A stretch of DNA of 64,000 bases from Paludibacteraceae bacterium (GTDB taxonomy: Bacteria > Bacteroidota > Bacteroidia > Bacteroidales > Paludibacteraceae), in the NCBI GenBank assembly GCA_031553005.1, contig JAVBMA010000008.1, forward strand, positions 78 to 64,077, read 5' to 3'. Of the stretch, positions 36,020-44,863 are shown one piece after another. Below the pieces are notes generated by a model. The model worked only from the letters and a program-made list of their open reading frames with translations. It had not been told where the DNA came from and made no database searches. Made by a program: the position numbers and the translations under genes. Position 1 is the stretch's first letter. Each line of letters begins with the position of its first letter.

Positions 36020-37654
36020 ATGATTTCTGTAGACGGACTTACGGTAGAATTTGGAGGCTCAACTCTTTTTGAAAATATTTCCTTTCAGGTAAATGAAAAA
36101 GACCGGATTGCCCTGATGGGGAAAAACGGTGCGGGAAAATCCACCCTGTTGAAAATATTGGCAGGTGAACGGCAAGCCACCCGTGGCGTAGTATCTGCAC
36201 CTAAAGATACAATCGTAGCCTATCTGCCCCAACACTTGATGACCGAAGATTCGCGGACAGTGTTTGAAGAAGCGTCCCTTGCTTTTTCCGAAATATTCGA
36301 AATGGAACGGGAGATAGAAGAGCTTAACAAACAATTGTCCGAACGCACCGATTATGAATCGGACAGCTACATGGAACTAATCGAAAAGGTCTCTACCCTA
36401 AGCGAGAAATACTATTCCATAGAAGAAACAAATTTTGCCGGAGATGTTGAAAAAACATTGCTCGGGCTTGGTTTTGCACGAGGCGACCTGCATAAACCGA
36501 CCAAAGAATTCAGCGGAGGATGGCGCATGCGTATTGAGCTTGCCAAGATATTGCTCCGTAAGCCGGATGTTATTTTGCTTGATGAGCCTACCAACCATCT
36601 TGACATTGAGTCTATCCAATGGTTGGAGGATTTTCTCATCAACAGCGCCAAAGCGGTTATACTTATCTCGCACGACCGCGCTTTCGTAGACAATATCACT
36701 ACCCGTACCATCGAAGTTACCATGGGACGGATATACGACTATAAAGTAAATTACTCCCATTACTTGGAGCTTCGTAAGGAGCGCCGCGAACAGCAACAAA
36801 AAGCATTCGAAGAGCAGCAAAAGATGATTGCCGAAAACAAGGAGTTTATTGAACGTTTTAAAGGAACTTATTCCAAAACATTACAAGTGCAGTCACGCGT
36901 GAAAATGTTGGAGAAACTTGATATTATCGAAGTAGACGAAGAAGATTCTTCCGCTTTACGCCTGAAATTTCCACCTTCTCCACGATCGGGAAGCTATCCG
37001 GTCGTATTGGAAAATTTATCCAAAGCTTATGGGGAGCATCAGATTTTCAATAATGCTTCATTGACAATCGAACGGGGCGACAAAGTTGCTTTTGTCGGGA
37101 AAAACGGGGAAGGAAAATCAACACTGGTCAAATGTATTATGGGTGAAACCGATTTCGGCGGAAAACTTACATTAGGCCATAATGTAATGATCGGTTATTT
37201 TGCCCAGAATCAGGCATCGTTATTGGATGGAGAATTAACCGTTTTCCAGACAATAGATGATGTGGCAAAAGGAGATATCCGCAATAAAATTAAAGATTTA
37301 CTGGGTGCGTTCATGTTTGGAGGCGATAACTCGACCAAAAAGGTAAAAGTACTTTCAGGAGGCGAACGTACGCGTCTGGCAATGATAAAGCTATTGCTCG
37401 AACCTGTCAACTTATTGATTCTGGATGAGCCTACCAACCATTTGGATATGAAAACAAAAGATATCCTGAAAAGCGCTTTGAAAGATTTTGACGGTACGCT
37501 GATTCTCGTTTCGCATGACCGTGATTTTCTGGACGGGCTTGTAACTAAAGTATATGAATTCGGAAACAAAAAAGTAACCGAACATTTGGAGACTATTTAT
37601 GGATTCCTTGAGAAAAAGAAATTGGAGAATTTAAAGGAACTGGAAAGGAAATAG
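36020..37654 (+). CDS. ABC-F family ATPase (translation-factor type, no TM domain)
   Basis: 544 aa with two Walker A motifs (GKNGAGKST, GKNGEGKST), two LSGG signatures and an inter-domain linker. Confidence 0.9.
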   Translation: MISVDGLTVEFGGSTLFENISFQVNEKDRIALMGKNGAGKSTLLKILAGERQATRGVVSAPKDTIVAYLPQHLMTEDSRTVFEEASLAFSEIFEMEREIEELNKQLSERTDYESDSYMELIEKVSTLSEKYYSIEETNFAGDVEKTLLGLGFARGDLHKPTKEFSGGWRMRIELAKILLRKPDVILLDEPTNHLDIESIQWLEDFLINSAKAVILISHDRAFVDNITTRTIEVTMGRIYDYKVNYSHYLELRKERREQQQKAFEEQQKMIAENKEFIERFKGTYSKTLQVQSRVKMLEKLDIIEVDEEDSSALRLKFPPSPRSGSYPVVLENLSKAYGEHQIFNNASLTIERGDKVAFVGKNGEGKSTLVKCIMGETDFGGKLTLGHNVMIGYFAQNQASLLDGELTVFQTIDDVAKGDIRNKIKDLLGAFMFGGDNSTKKVKVLSGGERTRLAMIKLLLEPVNLLILDEPTNHLDMKTKDILKSALKDFDGTLILVSHDRDFLDGLVTKVYEFGNKKVTEHLETIYGFLEKKKLENLKELERK

Positions 37655-37730
37655 AATTAATACTATCCGTTGTTTCAATCAACAACGTCCGGTTTCGAAA
37701 AAAACAGCGCAAATAAAAGGATGATAAATC

Positions 37731-37760
37731 AAAACTTTCCCTTCGCAAAGGGAAAGTTTT
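37731..37760. terminator. Bidirectional terminator between ABC-F and panD
   Basis: AAAACTTTCCCT TCGCAA AGGGAAAGTTTT: 12-bp stem with A/T runs on both sides. Confidence 0.7.
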
Positions 37761-37761
37761 T

Positions 37762-38115
37762 TCATTTTATAACTTTGTTTGTTGCTGTATCGGGAAATAC
37801 GACAGCCGGCTTGAAATTTTTAGCCTCTTCAAAGTCCATCAAAGCATAGGACATAATGATAATGATGTCCCCTTTCTGAACCCTGCGTGCAGCAGCCCCG
37901 TTAAGGCAAACAACACCCGAACCGCGTTCTCCTTTAATGATATAAGTGTCAAAACGTTCGCCATTGTTATTATTTACAATGGAAACTTTCTCATTTGCAA
38001 TCAGATTGGCAGCATCCATCAGATCTTCATCCAACGTGATACTTCCCATGTAATTCAAATCGGCTTCCGTTACTGTAACCCGGTGAATTTTTGATTTTAC
38101 AACCTCTATAAACAT
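37762..38115 (-). CDS. panD: Aspartate 1-decarboxylase
   Basis: 117 aa, [29 protein letters not shown]..., with the Gly-Ser self-cleavage site. Confidence 0.95.
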   Translation of the reverse strand: MFIEVVKSKIHRVTVTEADLNYMGSITLDEDLMDAANLIANEKVSIVNNNNGERFDTYIIKGERGSGVVCLNGAAARRVQKGDIIIIMSYALMDFEEAKNFKPAVVFPDTATNKVIK

Positions 38116-38142
38116 TTTATTTATTTTACAAGAAAGCGAAAA

Positions 38143-38988
38143 TTATCTTTTATATTGTATATTATCAATCAGCCTCACATCGCCACAATAGACAGTAATA
38201 CATCCTACAACATACGTTGAACCGTCCCAACTATCTATCGGTTGTAAAGTCAACCCATCCACAATATCAAAATATTCAACATCCAAAAGAGGTTCTTCGT
38301 TAATCCGGTCTACAACCCACTTTCTCAATTCCGGTACGCTCTTTTGGTTTACAAAATTACAACTTTTTAATAAAGTACGGGATATTAATGTTGCTTTTTC
38401 TCTCCCTTCTTTTGAAAGGCGCATATTCCGGCTGCTTAAAGCCATGCCGTCTTCCTCCCTGACTATAGGACACCCTACGATTTCAACCGGTATTTGATAT
38501 TGCTTGACCATTTCCCTGACAATAGCGAGTTGTTGAAAATCTTTCTCGCCAAAATAGGCTTTCGACGGCTTCACGATATCAAACAAACGGCTCACAACCT
38601 GAGCAACTCCATTAAAATGTCCCGGGCGGTATTTTCCCTCCATCACTTCGCCAAACGCTCCAAAATCAAAGATACGGGTATCCGGTTCCGGATAAATCTC
38701 TTTTTCAGCAGGTGCAAAAATAATCGAACATTTCATCTTTTCCAGCAATTTAGCATCATCGTTTAATGTACGTGGATAGTTCTCTAAATCACTCTTATTG
38801 TTAAACTGTGTCGGATTGACAAAAATACTGACCACGCATATATCATTTTCTTCCACGCATCTCCGCACCAAGGTCAGATGCCCTTCATGCAATGCTCCCA
38901 TAGTAGGAACAAAACCGATTGTTTTTTTCCGGATTTGAAGGGCTTGTAATTCTTTTTGTAAATCAGCTACTGTTTCGTATATTTTCAT
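38143..38988 (-). CDS. panC: Pantoate--beta-alanine ligase
   Basis: 281 aa with the [11 protein letters not shown] motif. Confidence 0.95.
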   Translation of the reverse strand: MKIYETVADLQKELQALQIRKKTIGFVPTMGALHEGHLTLVRRCVEENDICVVSIFVNPTQFNNKSDLENYPRTLNDDAKLLEKMKCSIIFAPAEKEIYPEPDTRIFDFGAFGEVMEGKYRPGHFNGVAQVVSRLFDIVKPSKAYFGEKDFQQLAIVREMVKQYQIPVEIVGCPIVREEDGMALSSRNMRLSKEGREKATLISRTLLKSCNFVNQKSVPELRKWVVDRINEEPLLDVEYFDIVDGLTLQPIDSWDGSTYVVGCITVYCGDVRLIDNIQYKR

Positions 38989-39010
38989 ATTGTAATCGCG
39001 TTAGGGAATG

Positions 39011-39018
39011 CAAAGTTA
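39011..39018 (-). promoter_or_regulatory. -7 promoter box for panCD (TAACTTTG on the minus strand)
   Basis: Plus strand reads CAAAGTTA, 23 nt upstream of the panC ATG. Confidence 0.45.
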
Positions 39019-39323
39019 CGAGAAAGTAAATAAATAGAGAATGTAAACGAGTTTTATTTAAAACAAATATCTCCTAATTTAACGATCAGGAGATAATCTT
39101 CCCTGCTCAATGTATAATATGACCCTATCTTAACCTTACAATATAGAATTAATCGGCATCAGGACTAAAACAAAATACCCGCCGGACTTTACCAAGCAAA
39201 CCCTTTCTTACTCTCTGTTTCAAAAGGAGTTAAACATTTGTTCGTTATATATTCAAAATGTTATATTTACCAAATCATTAGGATTGAACCGCTTATAAAT
39301 TTGTCTATCTCAGTATATTTTAC

Positions 39324-39331
39324 TATCTTTG
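39324..39331 (+). promoter_or_regulatory. -7 promoter box (TATCTTTG) for the glycogen-synthase-like gene
   Basis: 32 nt upstream of the ATG. Confidence 0.5.
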
Positions 39332-39362
39332 CATACCTATTTTTTTCATTTAAAATAAATTA

Positions 39363-40175
39363 ATGGAAACCACAAAGATATTATTCATTGCTCAGGAAAT
39401 CACTCCGTACTTACCCGAAAGTGAGATCGCAAATGTTTGCAGATTTTTGCCACAAGCAATTCAGGAAAAAGGAAAAGAAATCAGAACATTCATGCCCCGG
39501 TACGGGTGCGTAAATGAGCGCCGTAACCAGTTGCACGAAGTGATACGCTTGTCCGGAATGAACCTGATAATTGATGATTCGGATCATCCTTTAATTATTA
39601 AAGTTGCTTCGATACAATCCGCACGGATGCAGGTTTACTTTATCGACAATGACGATTTCTTCCAACGCAAATATACATTTGCTGACGAAAAGGGAGAGTA
39701 TGAAGATAATGAAGACCGCGCTATATTTTTCGTACGGGGAGTACTGGAAACAGTAAAAAAACTCCGTTGGACGCCTGATATTATCCACTGCCACGGTTGG
39801 ATCGCATCACTTATTCCTCTCTATGTAAAAAAAGCATTCAACTCCGATCCGTTTTTCAAAAATTCAAAAATCGTATACTCCGTATATGGCGATGAATTTA
39901 AAAAACCATTCAGCAGCCGTTTCGGGGAAAAAGTAAAAATAGACGGGGTAAACAACGAAGATATCGATTCTATCCTGAATAAAAATATCTCATTTGCCGA
40001 CTTGTCCAAATTTGCCATCGAATACTCCGATGCCGTTATTCAAGGTAGCAGCGAGGTAGATGAAAGCGTTATCGAATACGCTAAAAAAAGCGGAGTGCCG
40101 TTTCTTTCTTACCAATCTCCGGAAAATTATATTGATGTATATAACGAATTTTATGATTCTGTATTGGGCAATTGA
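39363..40175 (+). CDS. Short glycogen/starch synthase-like protein (GT5 N-terminal domain only)
   Basis: 270 aa, ILFIAQEITPY...PRYG N-terminus. The conserved Bacteroidales neighbourhood is panC / this gene / DUF4270. Confidence 0.7.
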   Translation: METTKILFIAQEITPYLPESEIANVCRFLPQAIQEKGKEIRTFMPRYGCVNERRNQLHEVIRLSGMNLIIDDSDHPLIIKVASIQSARMQVYFIDNDDFFQRKYTFADEKGEYEDNEDRAIFFVRGVLETVKKLRWTPDIIHCHGWIASLIPLYVKKAFNSDPFFKNSKIVYSVYGDEFKKPFSSRFGEKVKIDGVNNEDIDSILNKNISFADLSKFAIEYSDAVIQGSSEVDESVIEYAKKSGVPFLSYQSPENYIDVYNEFYDSVLGN

Positions 40176-40300
40176 AAAATAAAACGAACAAAAGGACGTT
40201 GTACAAGCAATGCAATGATGATATAAAGCTATTATAATTGATTCATTCAAAAACGTTCATTTTTCAAGATATCAATGAATTATAAAAACAAAATATAAAG

Positions 40301-40356
40301 TCACAAAAACACAGGAAACCGTTGATCAAAAAACGCTGTGTTTTTGTGATTTTGTG
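40301..40356 (+). terminator. Hairpin terminator
   Basis: TCACAAAAACACAG ... CTGTGTTTTTGTGA: 14-bp perfect stem followed by TTTTGTG. Confidence 0.6.
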
Positions 40357-40435
40357 TTAACATAAATTACCTGTAAACAGATACAACGGAAGAATTTTTT
40401 GCACGATCTTAGTGCCTCAGAAATAAATACAAAAG

Positions 40436-41944
40436 ATGAAATTAAAATCAATATTTTTTATTCTAATATCAATCGTGTTTTTTACTGCCTGTAAGGATAC
40501 CGAGCAGGTAGGATCGAGCATCCAACCCGAAGAAGATCTACTGCATGTTTACTCCAATTCGATAGACATAGACATTGCATCCATATTGGTAGATTCGGCA
40601 TTAAGCAAATCTAGTTATCTTTTTCTGGGAAAATATCTTGACTCAAAATTAGGAGAAACAGATGTGGAATTTATGACCCAAATAGACTCCCGCCTGGGAG
40701 ACGACGGTCTGACAATACCAGATACGACAGTAGTTACAACGTCTTCTACTACCAACGGAATATTATCCGGTTTACTTACCGATTATGATTCTAATTACGG
40801 CCCTATTACAAAAATAAGTTCACCGACGAATGTAAAAGCTGACTCCATATTTTTTGTAATCAATTATTCTGACGATTTCTTTGGTGATTCGACTGCAAAT
40901 CAGGGAGTTTATGTATATGCTATGAATAAAACACTGGTTCCTTCTGCGGCATATAAATATTTCACTAATACAGATGTATCCGAGTTCTGTAAAAAAGACA
41001 CTCTATTGAATAGCGACGGAAAAGCCTACAAGTACAATCTTGCTAATAAAAATAAAAATGAAATTAAAATCAAATTGAAAGATGAGTTTGGCGAACGCCT
41101 TGCCAAGATTTATCAGAAAGGATCAACAATTACGAATCAAGCTGATTTTAATAACTTTTTCAAGGGCATTTATCTCTCGCATTACTTTAATAACGGATCC
41201 CTTATCAAAATCGAAGTTGCCGGAATCCTGCTTTACTACAGTTACGATGCCAATATAACCACTACCTATAACGGAGAAGAAGTTGTTGTCAATTCCGCTG
41301 ATTTAAAGGCTAAAGGATATAATCCGTTAGTATCTTCCATCTTCCTTTCCGCCAACAAAGCGGTAGAACGCGTAAATCTGGTAAGTCACCCTGATTTGGA
41401 ACAAAAATTCCCTTCTTTACAAAACCAGGATGTTACCTATGCCTATACTCCTGCCGGAATGTATACGAAAGTAAATATCCCTTTCAATACAATGATAGAT
41501 TCCGTTAAACTCAAAGCTCCCGATACGACCAAGGTTATGTTTAACAGTGCAAGGTTAACCCTTTACACCAAAACATTGGATTGGACACCTACCGATTTGA
41601 GTAAGACTCCAAACTCTTACATGTTATTGTTACATCAGGATTCCGTTGTACCATTCTTCTATAAAAATAAAACTCCGGACGGCTATTCATCTTTTGTTGC
41701 CTCCTACAACTCCACGACCGAATCATATACTTTCGATATCACAAAAGCCGTCCAGAAAAAATTAACCGGACAACAGGTTGCTTTCAGTGAAGAGATGGTA
41801 GTCGTTCCGATTGTAGTCGAACAGAGTAATAGCGTAAACTATTACAGGCAACAATTATGGCTGACAGCCACCATGCTCTACGGGCCAAATTCGGCCGACG
41901 ATAAAAAACCGCGGCTGGATATGATCTATACCCGAAGGCAGTAA
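40436..41944 (+). CDS. DUF4270 family lipoprotein
   Basis: 502 aa with lipobox FFTAC. Family assignment from size, position and recalled similarity. Confidence 0.6.
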   Translation: MKLKSIFFILISIVFFTACKDTEQVGSSIQPEEDLLHVYSNSIDIDIASILVDSALSKSSYLFLGKYLDSKLGETDVEFMTQIDSRLGDDGLTIPDTTVVTTSSTTNGILSGLLTDYDSNYGPITKISSPTNVKADSIFFVINYSDDFFGDSTANQGVYVYAMNKTLVPSAAYKYFTNTDVSEFCKKDTLLNSDGKAYKYNLANKNKNEIKIKLKDEFGERLAKIYQKGSTITNQADFNNFFKGIYLSHYFNNGSLIKIEVAGILLYYSYDANITTTYNGEEVVVNSADLKAKGYNPLVSSIFLSANKAVERVNLVSHPDLEQKFPSLQNQDVTYAYTPAGMYTKVNIPFNTMIDSVKLKAPDTTKVMFNSARLTLYTKTLDWTPTDLSKTPNSYMLLLHQDSVVPFFYKNKTPDGYSSFVASYNSTTESYTFDITKAVQKKLTGQQVAFSEEMVVVPIVVEQSNSVNYYRQQLWLTATMLYGPNSADDKKPRLDMIYTRRQ

Positions 41945-41953
41945 CACATAAAA

Positions 41954-41999
41954 AATAAGAGAAGCCCGAAGAACACATGTTCTTCGGGCTTCTCTTATT
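41954..41999. terminator. 22-bp palindromic hairpin between convergent genes
   Basis: AATAAGAGAAGCCCGAAGAACA CA TGTTCTTCGGGCTTCTCTTATT. Confidence 0.65.
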
Positions 42000-42006
42000 C
42001 TAGCCT

Positions 42007-42041
42007 TATTTAGTTGGTGACTTGAAGTCACCAACTAAATA
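42007..42041. repeat. H-family hairpin variant
   Basis: TATTTAGTTGGTGAC TTGAA GTCACCAACTAAATA. It has the same GAC-TTGAA-GTC apex as 20202-20234 but a different, fully compensated stem. Confidence 0.75.
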
Positions 42042-42048
42042 CGTCCGG

Positions 42049-42768
42049 CTAATTCAATAGCTTATCGGCAAACGGAATAATCAGAGCCGTCATAATGCCC
42101 ATAATACCGATTGCCAATCCACTGATTGCACCTTCTACGGCTCCCATTTGCAAAGCCCGTACTGTTCCCAATGCATGGGAAGAAGCGCCCATAGCAAGTC
42201 CTTGGGCAACACGGCTCTTAATACCTAGCTTACGAAGGATAATGGGTCCTACTATACCGCCGAAAATGCCGCATATGACAACAAATGCCGTGGCAAGGGC
42301 TGGTATTCCTCCCGTTTTTTCGACAATGCTCATAGCAATAGGTGTTGTAACCGACTTGGGTTCTAAAGAGGCTATCAGAATTTTGTCGGCTCCGAACGCC
42401 TTGGCAATCAGGACAACACTGACGATACTGATTATGCTGCCGACAAAAATAGAGGTAAAAATAGAAACTACATTGCCTTTGATATGCTCCATTTGCTCGT
42501 ATAAGACATACCCCAAAGAGACAACACTGGGGCCAAGCATAAAATTCAGTATCCTTGTCTGTTGGTAGAATGTTTCATACGGGACGCCTGTAATTTTCAA
42601 AAAAGAGATAACCAGAATAATGGATATGACCAGCGGTTGAAGAAGACTTATTTTGGTCTTCTTATAAATATATACTCCTAAAAGGAATGTCCCCAGTACA
42701 AGTGTCAGGAGAAAAACTTCGGAAGAAAAAAGATCCTCAAGGGAAAGGATATGGGATAAGCGTTGCAT
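42049..42768 (-). CDS. lrgB: LrgB/CidB family membrane protein
   Basis: About 239 aa from ATG 42768, with LrgB-like motifs (SLEPKSVTTPIAM, GLAMGASSHALGT). No lrgA-like ORF lies upstream. Confidence 0.8.
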   Translation of the reverse strand: MQRLSHILSLEDLFSSEVFLLTLVLGTFLLGVYIYKKTKISLLQPLVISIILVISFLKITGVPYETFYQQTRILNFMLGPSVVSLGYVLYEQMEHIKGNVVSIFTSIFVGSIISIVSVVLIAKAFGADKILIASLEPKSVTTPIAMSIVEKTGGIPALATAFVVICGIFGGIVGPIILRKLGIKSRVAQGLAMGASSHALGTVRALQMGAVEGAISGLAIGIMGIMTALIIPFADKLLN

Positions 42769-42826
42769 GCACAAAATTAAGAAATGTAAAATTTATAATG
42801 TAGAATTTACAATGAAAATTTATAGG

Positions 42827-43035
42827 ATTATCCGCAATCATACCACTAATTTAGAAGATTCCACACGCCACTTTATGGCGTGTGGAATGACTGATATTTT
42901 CAGCGTGCGGAAGAAAACGGAGAGAGGCGGCTTTGCCGCCTCTCTCCACTCTATATCCTTATAAGTTACGTTATCATTCTGACCATAGGGAAGAATCTCT
43001 CAAAAACAATCTTTAGTAGTATGATTGCGGATAAT
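42827..43035. mobile_element. MITE-like element with 17-bp perfect terminal inverted repeats (no transposase)
   Basis: ATTATCCGCAATCATAC (42827-42843) and GTATGATTGCGGATAAT (43019-43035). Internal hairpins at 42858-42888 (12 bp) and 42919-42947 (13 bp, GC-rich). Confidence 0.5.
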
Positions 43036-43169
43036 TACATAAATTTATTACTTATCATAATTTATTACTTTATGGATAAGATTTTTATTCGTTCTCAATA
43101 GAGAAAAGATTCCGCACGCAACGCAGTGGTATGAGAAATCTTGCTTATCCCAAACTCGAAGTCACCGCC

Positions 43170-44723
43170 TCAGTAAACCGCCTTCAATTCGTCAAGCAGC
43201 GTTTGCATCCCGACAATTCCGGCACATGTAAAAAACGAGGTCATGGAAACGCCCAGTATTCCGTGCAGGTTCAGGTTTTGTCCGGTCAGCAACAGATTGG
43301 GAACAGGAGTGCGGGGAGTCAATATAGTATACATAAGTTGATTATAGTCTTTTTGTATTCCATATGCCGAACCGTCTGCTGTCCCGGTATAATCGCGATA
43401 AGAGAGCGGCGTACTGGTATATACCTTTTGAATGCCGTCTTTCAGTCCGGGAATATATTGGGATGCCAATTCAATGCATTCCGACGCTTTTTGGAGTTTT
43501 AAATCTTCATACTCATCCCCCCGCTTTCCGATAAAGGTATCATGCCACTTTTCAACCTCCGCCCAATGCATTGGTGTCAGGATATCCAAATTGCGAGCAT
43601 ACTCATCCTCTTGCTCCGGAACCCGGTAACTCACGAGCACGCAAGATGCTTTTTTACCAGCCTCATAATGGGAATAAGACCAGACATCATTTGTTTTATA
43701 GATATATTGGTTCCGGTTAAGGTAAGGCACTGCGCTTTCTTTTAAGCTGATATTGGCGGTAAACATACCATAGGTATTAGGCAATCCGCTGATCCTTTTC
43801 CGGTAAATCCTGCGAATTTGTTTACTTTCGGTAATCAACTCCAATGTTCGTGCCGGATGTATACCGGAAATAAAATATGTGGCAGAGATCCGCTCTTCAT
43901 TATTCACTTCAACGGCGGCAATCTTTCCGTTTTCCTCAATCAGGTGGGTTACCTTTGCTTTAGTCAAAACAACTCCTCCCCTCTCCCTTATTTTGGTTGC
44001 CAGAGCATCGGCAATCAGCGAACCGCCGCCATTGAGCCGCCAAGCGCTCTGTATAAACGAATTGTTTATTTGCGCGAAGATATAAAGCGGGAGTTTCTGC
44101 GGATTTAATTCCATCTTCAGCGAAGTGCCCGAAAGGACATTCCGTAAAACCGGATCTGTGATTGTTTCATTTAGGAAATTAAAAGCCGACTTTGAAAAAA
44201 CAGATGTTGAGTAAAACTCTTCTTCATTCTTTTTTTCAAAGCTATGGTAGAGGTTATCTCCTACTTGCTTAAGGAAAGAGGCATAGTTTTGCAGGTTCTT
44301 CCGTTGATGCGGGAACTCCGCAGCCAATGTCTCTACAAAACGCTCGTGCCCGTTGGCAAAGGAATATGATTTTCCGTTGAGAATTATCTCGTCAAAACAT
44401 CCTTCGTCCAACTTATGCCACGGCAGATCCATGAGTTCAAAATAGCGGAACAGCTTATGCAGGGATTGCCCTTCTTCCAATCCTCCAACATAATGGAATC
44501 CGGTATCAAAGGTGCTTTTGCCTCTCCTGAATGTTTGCAGGCAGCCTCCTATCTGGGGGTTTTGCTCCAATACGCAGACATTCAGGCCTTTTTTGCTCAG
44601 GATATATCCACACTCCAATCCTCCGAGTCCGCTTCCTATTATGACTACATCAAAAGCCTTTCCCGGGGTTTTCTCCGAAAAAGATTGAAAAGTATCCTGA
44701 GTTATTTTGTTATCTATTGACAT
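43170..44723 (-). CDS. NAD(P)/FAD-dependent oxidoreductase, phytoene desaturase (CrtI-like) family
   Basis: 517 aa with the dinucleotide-binding motif VVIIGSGLGGLECG...LEQNPQIGG. Confidence 0.8.
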   Translation of the reverse strand: MSIDNKITQDTFQSFSEKTPGKAFDVVIIGSGLGGLECGYILSKKGLNVCVLEQNPQIGGCLQTFRRGKSTFDTGFHYVGGLEEGQSLHKLFRYFELMDLPWHKLDEGCFDEIILNGKSYSFANGHERFVETLAAEFPHQRKNLQNYASFLKQVGDNLYHSFEKKNEEEFYSTSVFSKSAFNFLNETITDPVLRNVLSGTSLKMELNPQKLPLYIFAQINNSFIQSAWRLNGGGSLIADALATKIRERGGVVLTKAKVTHLIEENGKIAAVEVNNEERISATYFISGIHPARTLELITESKQIRRIYRKRISGLPNTYGMFTANISLKESAVPYLNRNQYIYKTNDVWSYSHYEAGKKASCVLVSYRVPEQEDEYARNLDILTPMHWAEVEKWHDTFIGKRGDEYEDLKLQKASECIELASQYIPGLKDGIQKVYTSTPLSYRDYTGTADGSAYGIQKDYNQLMYTILTPRTPVPNLLLTGQNLNLHGILGVSMTSFFTCAGIVGMQTLLDELKAVY

Positions 44724-44730
44724 TTGTAAA

Positions 44731-44762
44731 ATTGGTTAACTGACTAATTGACTTATTGATGA
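44731..44762. repeat. Short-period stop-rich array next to the oxidoreductase start
   Basis: ATTGGTTAACTGACTAATTGACTTATTGATGA. Confidence 0.55.
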
Positions 44763-44837
44763 AAATCAGGGTTTTCAACTCTTGATTCGCATAATCCACT
44801 AATTACTACAGTCGGGCAGCAGACAAAAAACGCCTTT

Positions 44838-44863
44838 TTACCTTTCACCTTTCAATTTTCAAC
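44838..44863 (-). repeat. GTGAAAG-family heptamer array containing the MMPL gene stop
   Basis: Minus-sense reads GTTGAAAAT TGA AAGGTGAAAGGTAA. The stop is at 44852-44854. Confidence 0.8.

Noticed and set aside
42767-42964. 65-aa ORF overlapping the MITE-like element as a transposase remnant.
   Set aside because: It is too short, has no DDE or HTH features, and its sequence is dictated by the internal hairpins of the element.
42827-43035. 209-bp segment flanked by 17-bp inverted repeats as a Bacteroides-type invertible promoter (phase switch) for lrgB.
   Set aside because: I found no TAnnTTTG promoter box in either orientation inside the element, and no recombinase gene is nearby. The internal content is terminator-like hairpins, so a MITE-like element is the simpler reading.
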